This document shows, piece after piece, positions 1 through 10,044 of a stretch of DNA of 63,231 bases. Origin of the DNA: a virus (lineage: Duplodnaviria; Caudoviricetes); IMG/VR virus record IMGVR_UViG_3300018421_000024, positions 1 through 63,231 of that record; one strand, written 5' to 3'. The notes beneath the pieces were generated by a model, which was not told the origin of the DNA, ran no database searches, and saw nothing but the letters and a program-made list of their open reading frames with translations. Made by a program: the position numbers and the translations under genes. Within the stretch, counting starts at the first letter, position 1, and each line of letters opens with the position of its first letter.

Positions 1-441
1 TTCAAAATAATTTTTATCGTAAGTAATGTCATTGAACAAAGGTTTTACTGTTGAAGCGGTATTTGATGCGTTGTCTAGACATTTGTAAACGTGTTTGTAA
101 GCCGACTCGTCAACAACAACAAAGAAATTTTTGTCAAGAATGTCCTGATCTCTGTCATCGAACATTGTATATGTTGTGCCTTCAACCCAATTATATCTTT
201 TGATCATTGGTTGCATATCATTTGCGGTCAATTTCTTCGCGAGTATCATATTCTCAAACGCTTTTGTTTTCAGTGAACGAAGTGATCCGATAGGTTGAGC
301 AACTTCTTCCTCTGTACTACCAGAACTTAGATGATCGCCTATGAAAGAATAGTAAACAGTATTAGCAGGTTCACTTATCGATTCTACCAATTGATCAATC
401 AGGTTCGTTCTAAATTCGCTTGGTATAATTTTCTTTGCCAT
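1..441 (-). CDS. gp8: Baseplate wedge subunit gp8 (partial, runs off window start)
   Basis: Not in ORF track; translated by hand MAKKIIPSEFRTNLIDQLVES...YYSFIG...RYNWVEGTTYTMFDD...VYKCLDN, typical gp8 motifs; follows gp6/gp7. Confidence 0.85.
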   Translation of the reverse strand, partial: MAKKIIPSEFRTNLIDQLVESISEPANTVYYSFIGDHLSSGSTEEEVAQPIGSLRSLKTKAFENMILAKKLTANDMQPMIKRYNWVEGTTYTMFDDRDQDILDKNFFVVVDESAYKHVYKCLDNASNTASTVKPLFNDITYDKNYFE

Positions 442-463
442 TGTTAATCTCTATAAATTTAAT

Positions 464-3151
464 TTATGAAATGGTATGAGAGAAGAATTGATTTTCATTC
501 ACAAAAATACCATCTGATAATATATCGAATGTTGTTGTACTTGTTGTTAAGTTGACGCCAATCGTACTTTCAACAGTAGCAAAATAACTGCCGAAGAGTT
601 TTGTACCAGCGACATGAAGAACATCCGTTAATGTTTTCTTATAGGTCTCAAAAGGAAGAGAAGTTAGGACCTCATAAGAATATTCTTGATAGTAATCACT
701 GTCTTGTAAGTATTTATCAGAACTCAAAAACGATCTTCTATTTAGATTATATCCAGGCGCAATACCTTGTTTTTCAATGTTAGTTGTGAAACGAATTGTC
801 TTCGTAACATCATCAGTAGACTCAGCTTCTAACTCTTCGTCTTCGAAATATCCGAAACCAGAATCAATAACATTTACACTGGTAATGAAACCATTACCGG
901 AAAATGATGGTGAATTAATGATTGCGTTTGTACCTGTTCTTTGCGCTCTTCTGTTTTCATTAACGGATTCAATTGTATCTGCTATATCAGAAGACAGACC
1001 AACAATCGTATCACCTGCTGTGAATTGACGACCATCAGAAAAACTATCCGTGTATGTTGATACTCTGACCAGTCTTAACTTTCTATTTGCTTGATCGTTT
1101 TCAATAACTTTTGCTTGTGCGCCGCCGTCTGCAATTGCAACCTTATTTCCATTCGAATCGGTTGTCTGGACTATTTCACCCACTGTAAAGGCCTGTTCTT
1201 CATTAGTGTAAACAATCTCATAATCATATCGCTCAAGATGATAGGTTGAAGGTTCATATACAATAAAGAATGGATCTTCCGCGTAACCTTGTCCTGGATT
1301 TGTAATAGAAATGCCAGATATACCGCCGATTGTTAAATCATTAAACGTAAACTCTTGATCGATTGTATTTAATAATGTAAAATCAGCGGAGTCAATTGTT
1401 GACGCTAAGTTCGCTGTCATCGCATCAATGGCCGTATTCGAATAAAAGTCACGGTAAATCTGTGTATTTTCTAACGATGTGATTGTAAACGTGGCAGCAG
1501 TATCGTAACCAGTCACGGTGTCAGCAGTAAAGGTTGTTGTCAGGTCTTCACCTTGTCTGTTCTTTGTTCTAATTTTTCCGTATTTAAAAAAGTTATCTGA
1601 CTCACTTGTAGGAAATTTAATACCAAACTTAAACTGTTTCATTTCTTCAATTGTATATTGTACATTGTTTGTATCATCTTGAATGTACATCGGCAAGTTT
1701 GTTCTGAAAGCACCTATATTTTGTTGTAAAGTAAATTGATAATCTGTTCCAACAAGAGAGGTTTCTGTAACAATGCCGTTTGCTACAATTGTATCAACAC
1801 CGTTGAGAGTTGCTAATTGATATAGTATGCTATTTTTTGATATACTTCCGAGATTATTTGGATTAGTTGTCGTGTATACAATCTCAACTGTATTGGCAGA
1901 ATCAATAACTTCAGCAGAAGTTGAACTATCAACATAACTAGTATATTCAACAAATACTGTGTTGTCTCCTGATTTGTATAATATAGTACCATCAATGCTA
2001 TCAATTATGTCGCCGCTAGTTGTGTTCGCCCATACAACGGGATATGTTGAGTTATCATAATTAAAATTAAGTTTTTCAGCTGATTGCAATTTTTCAACTA
2101 ATGTTGCCTCAAATACGGTATTACCGCCAACATCATAACCAATAAAAGTTGTGTTTAGAGGCGTATCATAAATATCAGCGGAAGAAGTAGCCCCAGATAC
2201 ATTAAAAACAACATTGTCTTGTAAAACAGTATCAAATTGTCGTGTGATTCTATTTACATCATAGTAATTTGTGTCTGTGAAGGTTATGTTATTTGCTGTA
2301 ATAACTTTGTCTGAACCGATTATCTCTGCGTTCTCTGTGTAACCCCAACCAGGACTCTCGACTTCAAAGTTTACAACACCTGTGTAGTTGGCTATTTCAT
2401 TAACACGCAGTTTACCTTTCTTGCCTTTTGCAGCAGCTGTGCCATCGACAATTGAGAGAGTTTCGCCTACTGTAAAATTCGGATCAGATCGTATAATGTC
2501 AACACTACTTAATGAACCTAGAATTTTTGCGGTTATATTATTTGTAAGTGTTGTTGTTACGATCTGTTCACCAGTGATAAAATCTTTATCTCGGCCAGTG
2601 ATAAACAGTACAGTGATAAATCTAGAACCTTTCTTAACTTTGATCAATCTATCAGCAAATGCGGTTGCACCACTTTTCTGACCTTTAATCGACTGACCTA
2701 AAAGATTGACATTTATTTTATTATCATCAATTTCTAAATATTCTACTTTGATGAATGTATTATCAGAAGGCCTAAAAAGGTTGTCACCTGGATATTGTAT
2801 TTTAGCCTCAAGTCCATATATCAACTTGAAGTACAAATCTACCGCACGTTCAGTGCCTTTCGCACGATAGAAGTCGAGGGAGTTTTTGATAAACAGTTCT
2901 TTGTTTGTCGCAACATTAAACTGAATATTAGGAAGATATTTGTTTTTAAAATAAATAATAAATTCATCGATTGTCTTATCGATGTTACGATAATTGGTCA
3001 AATTTCTTGCTTGATAGAGAGTTTGACCAGACGATTCAAGCCATTCGTAATATGCTTCTACGAACGTAATGAAGAGTGCTCCCTCGTCCCTATAGAACGC
3101 GGGAAACATATCCTTTACTAAAGGACTAATATATTTTTCTATATCTCTCAT
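464..3151 (-). CDS. Baseplate wedge initiator, gp7-like
   Basis: N-terminal FPAFYR..FVEAYYEWLE and FYRAKGT; C-terminal LQDSDYYQEYSY..LHVAGTKLFG; lies between gp6 and gp8. Confidence 0.75.
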   Translation of the reverse strand: MRDIEKYISPLVKDMFPAFYRDEGALFITFVEAYYEWLESSGQTLYQARNLTNYRNIDKTIDEFIIYFKNKYLPNIQFNVATNKELFIKNSLDFYRAKGTERAVDLYFKLIYGLEAKIQYPGDNLFRPSDNTFIKVEYLEIDDNKINVNLLGQSIKGQKSGATAFADRLIKVKKGSRFITVLFITGRDKDFITGEQIVTTTLTNNITAKILGSLSSVDIIRSDPNFTVGETLSIVDGTAAAKGKKGKLRVNEIANYTGVVNFEVESPGWGYTENAEIIGSDKVITANNITFTDTNYYDVNRITRQFDTVLQDNVVFNVSGATSSADIYDTPLNTTFIGYDVGGNTVFEATLVEKLQSAEKLNFNYDNSTYPVVWANTTSGDIIDSIDGTILYKSGDNTVFVEYTSYVDSSTSAEVIDSANTVEIVYTTTNPNNLGSISKNSILYQLATLNGVDTIVANGIVTETSLVGTDYQFTLQQNIGAFRTNLPMYIQDDTNNVQYTIEEMKQFKFGIKFPTSESDNFFKYGKIRTKNRQGEDLTTTFTADTVTGYDTAATFTITSLENTQIYRDFYSNTAIDAMTANLASTIDSADFTLLNTIDQEFTFNDLTIGGISGISITNPGQGYAEDPFFIVYEPSTYHLERYDYEIVYTNEEQAFTVGEIVQTTDSNGNKVAIADGGAQAKVIENDQANRKLRLVRVSTYTDSFSDGRQFTAGDTIVGLSSDIADTIESVNENRRAQRTGTNAIINSPSFSGNGFITSVNVIDSGFGYFEDEELEAESTDDVTKTIRFTTNIEKQGIAPGYNLNRRSFLSSDKYLQDSDYYQEYSYEVLTSLPFETYKKTLTDVLHVAGTKLFGSYFATVESTIGVNLTTSTTTFDILSDGIFVNENQFFSHTIS

Positions 3152-4942
3152 TTAGAGTCGTTCCTGTTCGACCAATATCCTAATATCTTCATTTGCAATT
3201 GAAAGTATAATGTTCTTTGTTGATGAAACATCAGACTCAGAAGTTTTTGCATAGATTTTAATATATTCAGAGTTCAACGATGAAGGACTGAAAGAATCTA
3301 ATTGTATGACACCTGTATCGTAGTTGACTGTGCCGATAAGTTTCAACAACTGATATTCGTTACCTTTTGCAACCATAAGACGCATCAGACCGTCACCATC
3401 ATCTTCAAGAACAACTTGATTTCCATCGTAACCAAACGTTGTAGATGTGACGATAGGTTCTTCATCTGATTTACGGATCGGAGGTAAAACCGTAATAGTG
3501 TCATCAAGTTTTATACCAAAGTCAATAACATAATTATTTGTTGTTTGCAGTTGAGGTACAAATCTTTTAACTGCTTTAACAGTGGTATCATTACTAATAA
3601 TAGATGTATCGGAGTTATCAATTGAACTAACGAATTTACTATAATGAAAAGTTTTCTTGAAACCGTTTAGTTGTACTTGATTATAGTTTTGTATGGCGGA
3701 GAGAACAATATTCTTAATACTCTGCGAGCTCAGAGAACTTTTGTTAATATCGTATTTAACTTTTGTGTCGATTTTAAGGTAAGTATAAATTGGTGTTTCG
3801 AACACAGGGTCAATTGACAGAGGACTTCTGCTCTTAATGAATGATTTGTATTCAGCGGAACGTGAAGGCGGCAGTATGTCTGTGTTTTTCAAATCGACCG
3901 CAACAATCACTTTACCGTATCTAGGAGGCACCGCCTCTTCGCCGCCGTATGCTGACACATCATTGATATCAGAGAAGTTTTGCAACAACAACGTTTTGTA
4001 GTCTTCTGCTGTTACAACTCGTTCTTGTGTTGTGAATGCACGAGGTGCATTAAATTTAATTGACCCCACTGTCTCAGGAATTGCACCGCCGGCCGCGGCA
4101 GATACAGTAGTTATAGCTGTTACTGTAGCGTTGCCTATCGACTCAGTAGGATTAAATGAATTGATTCCGTTCGGCAACTCGCCATTACATTTTCTATACT
4201 GTATAATGATTGTGGATCTATCTTTAGGTTTTCTTCCGATAACACCATCACCAAATACAATTTCGTAAGTGTCATTCTCTGCGGCTTGAATGAAGAATAC
4301 TTGTGATGTTGATCCTAATCCAAATAGATTATCTGCTTTTTTATACTGAAGAGTTGTTGATCCGTTATCTTCAACTACAGTAACAGTAATGCTATTTGTG
4401 TCAATGGTTTTGTTTGTTGCAATATATCTGACAGGATTTTCATCATTCGTAACATAAGAATCATATGTATAATCGCCTTCGTATAGTACTACATTCAAGG
4501 CTTGAAATTGATTTGTAACACCGGTGCTTTCAGCGACAACATCGTCACCGACAACAAACGTAAATTTCTTTGATCCAGTCTTACCTGCAAATGCAGCGCC
4601 TTTCGGAATAAGAACGGAGGCATTATCGCTTGTGTCAGACAATAATATATTTACAGTTGCTTGCGCTGATCGAAATGATCTGGGTACATAATTCAATTCT
4701 TTGGCGTGTGATACGACCGAATCTCTCAACAACGCACTGTCAAGAAACATTTCACTACCGATCATATTCAGATAAAATGCATTTAATTGCGTATTGTATG
4801 CAAGAACATCCAATAAGACATTAATATTTGAACCTTCGAAGTCGTAATCGGTAAAAACTTCTTGCGATTTTAAATATTCTTTTAAATTATATTTAATCGA
4901 TTCGAAGTCTAGTGTGGTTAACTCGTTGCCTGCGTTTGCCAT
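3152..4942 (-). CDS. gp6: Baseplate wedge subunit gp6
   Basis: LDFESIK..FTDYDFEGSNINVLLDVLAYNT; APRAFTTQERVVTAEDY. Confidence 0.95.
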   Translation of the reverse strand: MANAGNELTTLDFESIKYNLKEYLKSQEVFTDYDFEGSNINVLLDVLAYNTQLNAFYLNMIGSEMFLDSALLRDSVVSHAKELNYVPRSFRSAQATVNILLSDTSDNASVLIPKGAAFAGKTGSKKFTFVVGDDVVAESTGVTNQFQALNVVLYEGDYTYDSYVTNDENPVRYIATNKTIDTNSITVTVVEDNGSTTLQYKKADNLFGLGSTSQVFFIQAAENDTYEIVFGDGVIGRKPKDRSTIIIQYRKCNGELPNGINSFNPTESIGNATVTAITTVSAAAGGAIPETVGSIKFNAPRAFTTQERVVTAEDYKTLLLQNFSDINDVSAYGGEEAVPPRYGKVIVAVDLKNTDILPPSRSAEYKSFIKSRSPLSIDPVFETPIYTYLKIDTKVKYDINKSSLSSQSIKNIVLSAIQNYNQVQLNGFKKTFHYSKFVSSIDNSDTSIISNDTTVKAVKRFVPQLQTTNNYVIDFGIKLDDTITVLPPIRKSDEEPIVTSTTFGYDGNQVVLEDDGDGLMRLMVAKGNEYQLLKLIGTVNYDTGVIQLDSFSPSSLNSEYIKIYAKTSESDVSSTKNIILSIANEDIRILVEQERL

Positions 4943-4944
4943 TT

Positions 4945-5382
4945 TTATCTAACTCTGTAAAGTGTTAAGTTTAATGTTTCTTGTCTTTCGACATTTCGAA
5001 TAGAATAAACGAGAACAACCGATATTGCATCTTGTTCTTCACTATTTCTCACGGTTATTTTTTCAACAACTGCTCTCGGTTCGTATTTGGCTATACTGCT
5101 TCTTATTTCATCTGCTATCTCATCGCCGGTTTTTGTATCAAAAAATGGTTCAAACAAAAAACGTGATATTCTAGAACCAAACCGAGGATTTCTAAGTCTC
5201 TCGTATTTATTAGTTAATACGATATTTCGAATGGACTGTTTTACAGCCTCAGATTGTGTTTTTCTACCGATATCGCCGGTAAACGGATTGGCTTTGAAGA
5301 AATGGTTGAAGTCACTAAAAATATCAGCAGCTTTACTATTTAGTTTATACTCTTCATTTTCTCTTAAAATTTTAGTAGCCAT
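4945..5382 (-). CDS. gp25: Baseplate wedge subunit gp25
   Basis: AVKQSIRNIVLT..ER..P.FGS..YEPR gp25 pattern; immediately upstream of gp6. Confidence 0.92.
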   Translation of the reverse strand: MATKILRENEEYKLNSKAADIFSDFNHFFKANPFTGDIGRKTQSEAVKQSIRNIVLTNKYERLRNPRFGSRISRFLFEPFFDTKTGDEIADEIRSSIAKYEPRAVVEKITVRNSEEQDAISVVLVYSIRNVERQETLNLTLYRVR

Positions 5383-5404
5383 TTAAATACCTATATATTT
5401 TTAT

Positions 5405-5412
5405 TATTTATA
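5405..5412 (-). promoter_or_regulatory. T4-type late promoter TATAAATA
   Basis: Exact consensus on minus strand about 22 nt upstream of gp25 start. Confidence 0.75.
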
Positions 5413-6832
5413 GGGCAGTCCAAGTTGAACCGTTGTGATATTGTATTTGCGAATCAGTTGTATTCCAGATAATATCACCCGCAACCGCTGTAACAGCATT
5501 GCGTTCTGTTGTTGTCAGTCTCGGCAGTCGAAGTGGTTTTGCCGCAGTTAAATCATACCTGTTTGAATCAACAGTGACATCAGCTGCGGCAGAACCCGTA
5601 TAACCTTGTATGCCCTGTTTGCCTGCAGCGACAACCCATTGAGAACTATCGCCATCATTATAATATACACTGAACAAACCATCATCATTATCGAACCACA
5701 TGTCGCCGTTTACAGCAGAAGCTGGCGCAGTATTTGAAACATTTACTCTAGAAGATGAACCAGTATATCCAGTTGCACCACTTGAACCTGTATAACCTCC
5801 TGCGGGACCTGCGGCACCTGCGGGTCCCGGATCACCTCTTGATCCCGTATAACCCACGGGATCACCGGCAGAACCAGTGTAACCAATTGGACCTTGAGCA
5901 CCGTCTGCACCATCTATACCATTCGTGCCGTTCGTGCCGTTTGTTCCGTTTGTACCTGCTGTGCCTGCCGATCCAGTATATCCCCTGGGTCCTCTGTCAC
6001 CTTGAACAGTCGTAACTGAACCGTTCGAACTAAATGAAACATATGACGGCCAAACTGTATTCCATTGACCGCCTGAATAAACTTTTACTTCACTATCAAC
6101 TGTGTCGAAAATGAATTCACCTTCGGTTGTTCCTTCACCGGTATCAGGTAGGAAAATAGAATTGTTTGAAACGACCAATCCATTATTCAATGTTGTCAAA
6201 TCATCTACAGTAAGAGCATCACCAATCGTTGTATTACCGGTAATTGATGCAGTCCCACCAATCGATGTATTACCGGTAATTGATGCGGTTCCACCAATCG
6301 TTGTATTACCGCCGACCGCTAAAGTGCCTGATATATCAACGTTAGCATTTACATCAAGTAATGTGCAATTGATTGTTCCGTCTGATCCTGAAATTTGAAA
6401 ATCATTTACAACATCTATGATCAAATTATTGGCAACATCGATTATAAAATTCTTTACTTCGCCGTCATATGGCGGCGCTTTTTCTTTCTTCTGTGTGGAA
6501 TCATAACCAGCCTGAATTACGATTCCTGTTTTACTTGTAATCGTTGTTGTACCAAGAGTATCCATGAACGTGTGGTTATCATACCACAAAGATCGTTGAT
6601 TTCTATGAGCAGGTCTTAATTGCCACTCTGTTATTCTGTTTCCAGAGAGTTCTTGATCTTCTTCAAACTCGGTATTACTTGTATAGTATCCAACATCGAA
6701 CCAAACACTTGTTGCATAATATATGGTATTCGCCCAGCCTGTTTCAAGTTGAGTTTTCAACGATTCTGCTGAAACTTTTGTAGCATCAGCGCGTTGTATC
6801 ATTTCTTGTATTTTATCATTTAAAGTAGTCAT
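5408..6832 (-). CDS. Putative spike/fibre protein with beta-helix repeats and collagen-like GYTGS repeats
   Basis: (SITGNTTIGGTA)n repeats, G-X-Y/GYTGS tracts, GDMWFD and LPRLTTTERNA..GDIIWNTT fibre-type motifs. Confidence 0.65.
   Translation of the reverse strand: MTTLNDKIQEMIQRADATKVSAESLKTQLETGWANTIYYATSVWFDVGYYTSNTEFEEDQELSGNRITEWQLRPAHRNQRSLWYDNHTFMDTLGTTTITSKTGIVIQAGYDSTQKKEKAPPYDGEVKNFIIDVANNLIIDVVNDFQISGSDGTINCTLLDVNANVDISGTLAVGGNTTIGGTASITGNTSIGGTASITGNTTIGDALTVDDLTTLNNGLVVSNNSIFLPDTGEGTTEGEFIFDTVDSEVKVYSGGQWNTVWPSYVSFSSNGSVTTVQGDRGPRGYTGSAGTAGTNGTNGTNGTNGIDGADGAQGPIGYTGSAGDPVGYTGSRGDPGPAGAAGPAGGYTGSSGATGYTGSSSRVNVSNTAPASAVNGDMWFDNDDGLFSVYYNDGDSSQWVVAAGKQGIQGYTGSAAADVTVDSNRYDLTAAKPLRLPRLTTTERNAVTAVAGDIIWNTTDSQIQYHNGSTWTAL
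6220..6311. repeat. About 2.5 copies of a 36-bp coding tandem repeat
   Basis: caccaatcg(t/a)tgtattaccggtaattgatgc repeated; encodes GGTASITGNT(T/S)I. Confidence 0.8.
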
Positions 6833-6834
6833 GT

Positions 6835-7575
6835 TTAACCACCTAAACCTTTCAATCTATTTAATTCACTCTCTGTAGCGTTAAAAGACGAGTCAATGCT
6901 AGTTATGGAATCTGCAATTGCTTGAATATCAGGATTTACTTCACCAGCAAGAGCAAGTATATCAGCGCCTTTCAAATCACCTAATGCTTCATATTGACCA
7001 ATAATAGTGTCCACTGTATTAAGTAATTCTTCTGCGTCACCCAATAAGTTACATGTTATATCATCTAACGCATCTAACAACGCTTGTTCTGTACAATCTT
7101 TTAAATTTTGAGCGGCAGTTGACACAGCGCCGGCCATTCTCGCAATTGCGCCTGCAACCGCAGCGAGTTCAATCGCTAATAGTACAATCGCAAAAATCTG
7201 TGCGCCGGCAGGACCAGTCGCTACTTTAATGGCCCATTTAATAATCTTCAACGGATTACTAGGTATATTTAGAATAGGTAACCATGTGCTAAGTATTTCG
7301 GCAATCTCAGAACCAATTTCAGCAGTAAGATCAACAATATCAGATACAGCGTCTTTTACAAGTTCTTTAATTGCTTCACAATCGGTCATCGCTTCTAATG
7401 CAGCAGCGGCATTATTAATCTCAGTTGCTATTTGAGATAAACCACTACCACTATCGGGATATTCAGTTTGATCTTTATTATCCGCAATCGATACATTGCC
7501 CAAAGGTCCATTCGAAGCGCATGGATCGGCCGCGGCCGTAGGATCTGTTGGTGTATTGGGATTTTCTTCTGCCAT
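6835..7575 (-). CDS. Hypothetical helical baseplate-region protein
   Basis: 246-aa ORF tightly packed downstream of gp5; Ala-rich with a hydrophobic segment. Confidence 0.65.
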   Translation of the reverse strand: MAEENPNTPTDPTAAADPCASNGPLGNVSIADNKDQTEYPDSGSGLSQIATEINNAAAALEAMTDCEAIKELVKDAVSDIVDLTAEIGSEIAEILSTWLPILNIPSNPLKIIKWAIKVATGPAGAQIFAIVLLAIELAAVAGAIARMAGAVSTAAQNLKDCTEQALLDALDDITCNLLGDAEELLNTVDTIIGQYEALGDLKGADILALAGEVNPDIQAIADSITSIDSSFNATESELNRLKGLGG

Positions 7576-7583
7576 GATCTATA

Positions 7584-8789
7584 CTATCCGTTTAAACTCT
7601 TTACAATTCCATTTTTGACAATCATAATTCTTCCACTCGGGAAACTCGCGGCGCCGGTCACACCTGTTTTATCGGAAATGCCTCCAGTAACAGATAGATG
7701 GCCTTGAATGGTCACAGGTCCCTGTAATGTTATGCCACCAGTTGCATTAATTTTTACGTTACCTGATGTTGTGATGAGTGCATCACCGCCATCACCATCA
7801 TTTTCCGTTATGCTGACCACAAAGTTACCACCGGAAACTACGGTCGTATTATCTTTTCGTACAACCGTGGTTTTACCCGCACCCACAACTTCAGTTGAAC
7901 TCGCAGCAACATGAAGACTATTATTTTTCAGAACAGTTGTATATGCATTACCTTTGATTTCATTCCATTCTTCACCTGAAACAATTTTTGTGTTGTCGCC
8001 ATCAACGATAGACTGATCATCGCCTTTCGTTCTCTTGACTCTTCTGCCTTCAAAGTCATCACCATTTGCAATCTCTTCATATGAACCTGATTTATGCCAC
8101 ATATGAATTCTTTCGTAACCTGGTGTATCATCAAGTTCTATTGCATGACCAGACTTTGTTGTATACGTTGTATTATACGGATACTGCGCTTTATATGCTG
8201 ACTCAGGTTCGTTAGCTTTTTTATTACGTTTAAATTCCGTTTTTTTGTAAGGTTCTTTTGGTAGTGTTTGACCTTTTACCTCTTTGCCTTGCGGATCAGT
8301 AAAGTCACCTTGTGCAAGCGGTGCAACATCCCACTCTTGTCGTTCAATCGGCGGTGTTTCTTTTGTTTGAAGTAGTGTGCCGCCTTCTGAATCTTTCTCA
8401 GGCAATACAGATTTCTTGTGATATGTTCCGAATATCAGTGGTATATTTTTTTCCATACCGTCAAGGTAGAAACCGAATACATATGTTCCTTTTGCAATAC
8501 CGGTCGGTGACAAACCAACTGCGCCGATCCATTCGGGCACTGCAAACTGTTCGATCTCTTTTAGTTTTGCTTGATGTAAACTAGCAGACTGAATTGCGGA
8601 GACAGGCCACGCCCACAACAGCTGTTCGTCTTCGATGCCTTTTGAACCCGAACCTTTACCTAGATTTTCACCGGTCTGCGAATCTATAATTCGAATTTGT
8701 ACTCGACCTAATCTATATTCATCATCGGTTATGTTAACAACTCGGCCGACAAACCACTGAAACTGTTCACCTAACTTATAATAAGCCAT
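7584..8789 (-). CDS. gp5: Baseplate central spike gp5 (no lysozyme domain)
   Basis: OB-fold WFVGRV..D..LGRVQIRI, GTYVFGFYLDG; YPYN..TKSGH..ELDDTPG.ERI..HKSGSY.E; C-terminal beta-helix. Confidence 0.92.
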   Translation of the reverse strand: MAYYKLGEQFQWFVGRVVNITDDEYRLGRVQIRIIDSQTGENLGKGSGSKGIEDEQLLWAWPVSAIQSASLHQAKLKEIEQFAVPEWIGAVGLSPTGIAKGTYVFGFYLDGMEKNIPLIFGTYHKKSVLPEKDSEGGTLLQTKETPPIERQEWDVAPLAQGDFTDPQGKEVKGQTLPKEPYKKTEFKRNKKANEPESAYKAQYPYNTTYTTKSGHAIELDDTPGYERIHMWHKSGSYEEIANGDDFEGRRVKRTKGDDQSIVDGDNTKIVSGEEWNEIKGNAYTTVLKNNSLHVAASSTEVVGAGKTTVVRKDNTTVVSGGNFVVSITENDGDGGDALITTSGNVKINATGGITLQGPVTIQGHLSVTGGISDKTGVTGAASFPSGRIMIVKNGIVKSLNG

Positions 8790-8790
8790 T

Positions 8791-10038
8791 CTATTCTCCG
8801 CCGAAGTGTGATTTAGCTAGTGACATGTTCATAAAATAATCAAATTGCGCTGTATCTCTCTTGTAAAATGTTTGCCTTAGACTATCAATAAAAAATGTTC
8901 CATTAAAATATTTTCTAGGCACTTCACTATCGTGATAAGCTACTTGTGATAAGTCCATCTTTACTTTATCGCCTACATTAATATTGGAATTGCCGTATAC
9001 TTTCATCGTAGCACCATAATCACCGAGTCTCTCTATGTACGGTCTCTTCCATTTAATATTCTCGTTATGCAAGTTTTCAAATCTTGTTCCATCTTTCGCT
9101 ACATACTTGACAGTTGCTGGTGTAGACTTCGCCCAATTATCAAAAGGTGGTGTATGATAAGGCGCATAAGAACCAAATTTCTTGTAAGATTCAACATCAG
9201 GAGGCAAAAATTCATATTTGTCACAGTACAAACCTGTGAAGATATCAAACTCTTTAACAACATTACGAAGGCCGCCCGCTTTCAATAATTGAATAGTGTT
9301 ACCATGACCAGTGATTTCAAATGCCAATATATTATTTAAATTGACAACGCCTAACTCTTCTCTATTCACAGTCGTTAAGTTGTATGGTCCGTGTTCTGGT
9401 CGACCAGTAAATTTTTCTGCGGTGACAAAATGATAACCTTGATGGTCTTGAAAGAAGTAAAAAGCAGATGATATGTTCGTTTCTGATACCGCTCTCTCTT
9501 TTACAAGATCAATTGCTTGAAGAGGTCTTATTTCATTGCAAACATAATCGAAAAATCCAGTTGTTGTTTCAAACTCTACAAGACTGCCGCCGGAAGTCCA
9601 ATCCGAAGTTACAATTTCTTCAACAATTTCATGATATTTTTTCTTTTCAGGAAAACCATAACGTTTCGTATAGACTTCTTTCGCACTGTTTATTTCACCT
9701 TCAGAAGTACACGATAATGCGAATTGATTCTTGATAGACATGTTATTAGTTTTCTGACCTTCAACAGACTGTACAAAAAATCTATACGTCTTTTTAGCCA
9801 TATCAGTAACATAAAATGTTAAGTCAATCCATTCTTCACCAAGAATAGGAAAGTTATCAATAAGATCGACACCATCATTGAAATAGAAAACAGCAGTATA
9901 AGTCGAGTTGTATATTGACTCTTCAATATCAAAACCAGACAGATATGGATAGATATTCATATCTTTTGATCCGTCAAAGGAGGTCATTATAATTTGCTCT
10001 CCCTCAATCCGGACGTGACCTTCGTCATTCTGCGACAT
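8791..10038 (-). CDS. Putative baseplate hub protein (gp27-like position)
   Basis: IEESIY..P ILGEE, FYFFQD..GYHF, VYGN..GD..GTFFI pattern; between gp53 and gp5. Confidence 0.6.
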   Translation of the reverse strand: MSQNDEGHVRIEGEQIIMTSFDGSKDMNIYPYLSGFDIEESIYNSTYTAVFYFNDGVDLIDNFPILGEEWIDLTFYVTDMAKKTYRFFVQSVEGQKTNNMSIKNQFALSCTSEGEINSAKEVYTKRYGFPEKKKYHEIVEEIVTSDWTSGGSLVEFETTTGFFDYVCNEIRPLQAIDLVKERAVSETNISSAFYFFQDHQGYHFVTAEKFTGRPEHGPYNLTTVNREELGVVNLNNILAFEITGHGNTIQLLKAGGLRNVVKEFDIFTGLYCDKYEFLPPDVESYKKFGSYAPYHTPPFDNWAKSTPATVKYVAKDGTRFENLHNENIKWKRPYIERLGDYGATMKVYGNSNINVGDKVKMDLSQVAYHDSEVPRKYFNGTFFIDSLRQTFYKRDTAQFDYFMNMSLAKSHFGGE

Positions 10039-10044
10039 TGTTTT

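Noticed and set aside
5755-5990. GC-rich repeats such as gttcgtgcc as a non-coding repeat element
   Set aside because: Explained by GTN and G-X-Y collagen-like codons
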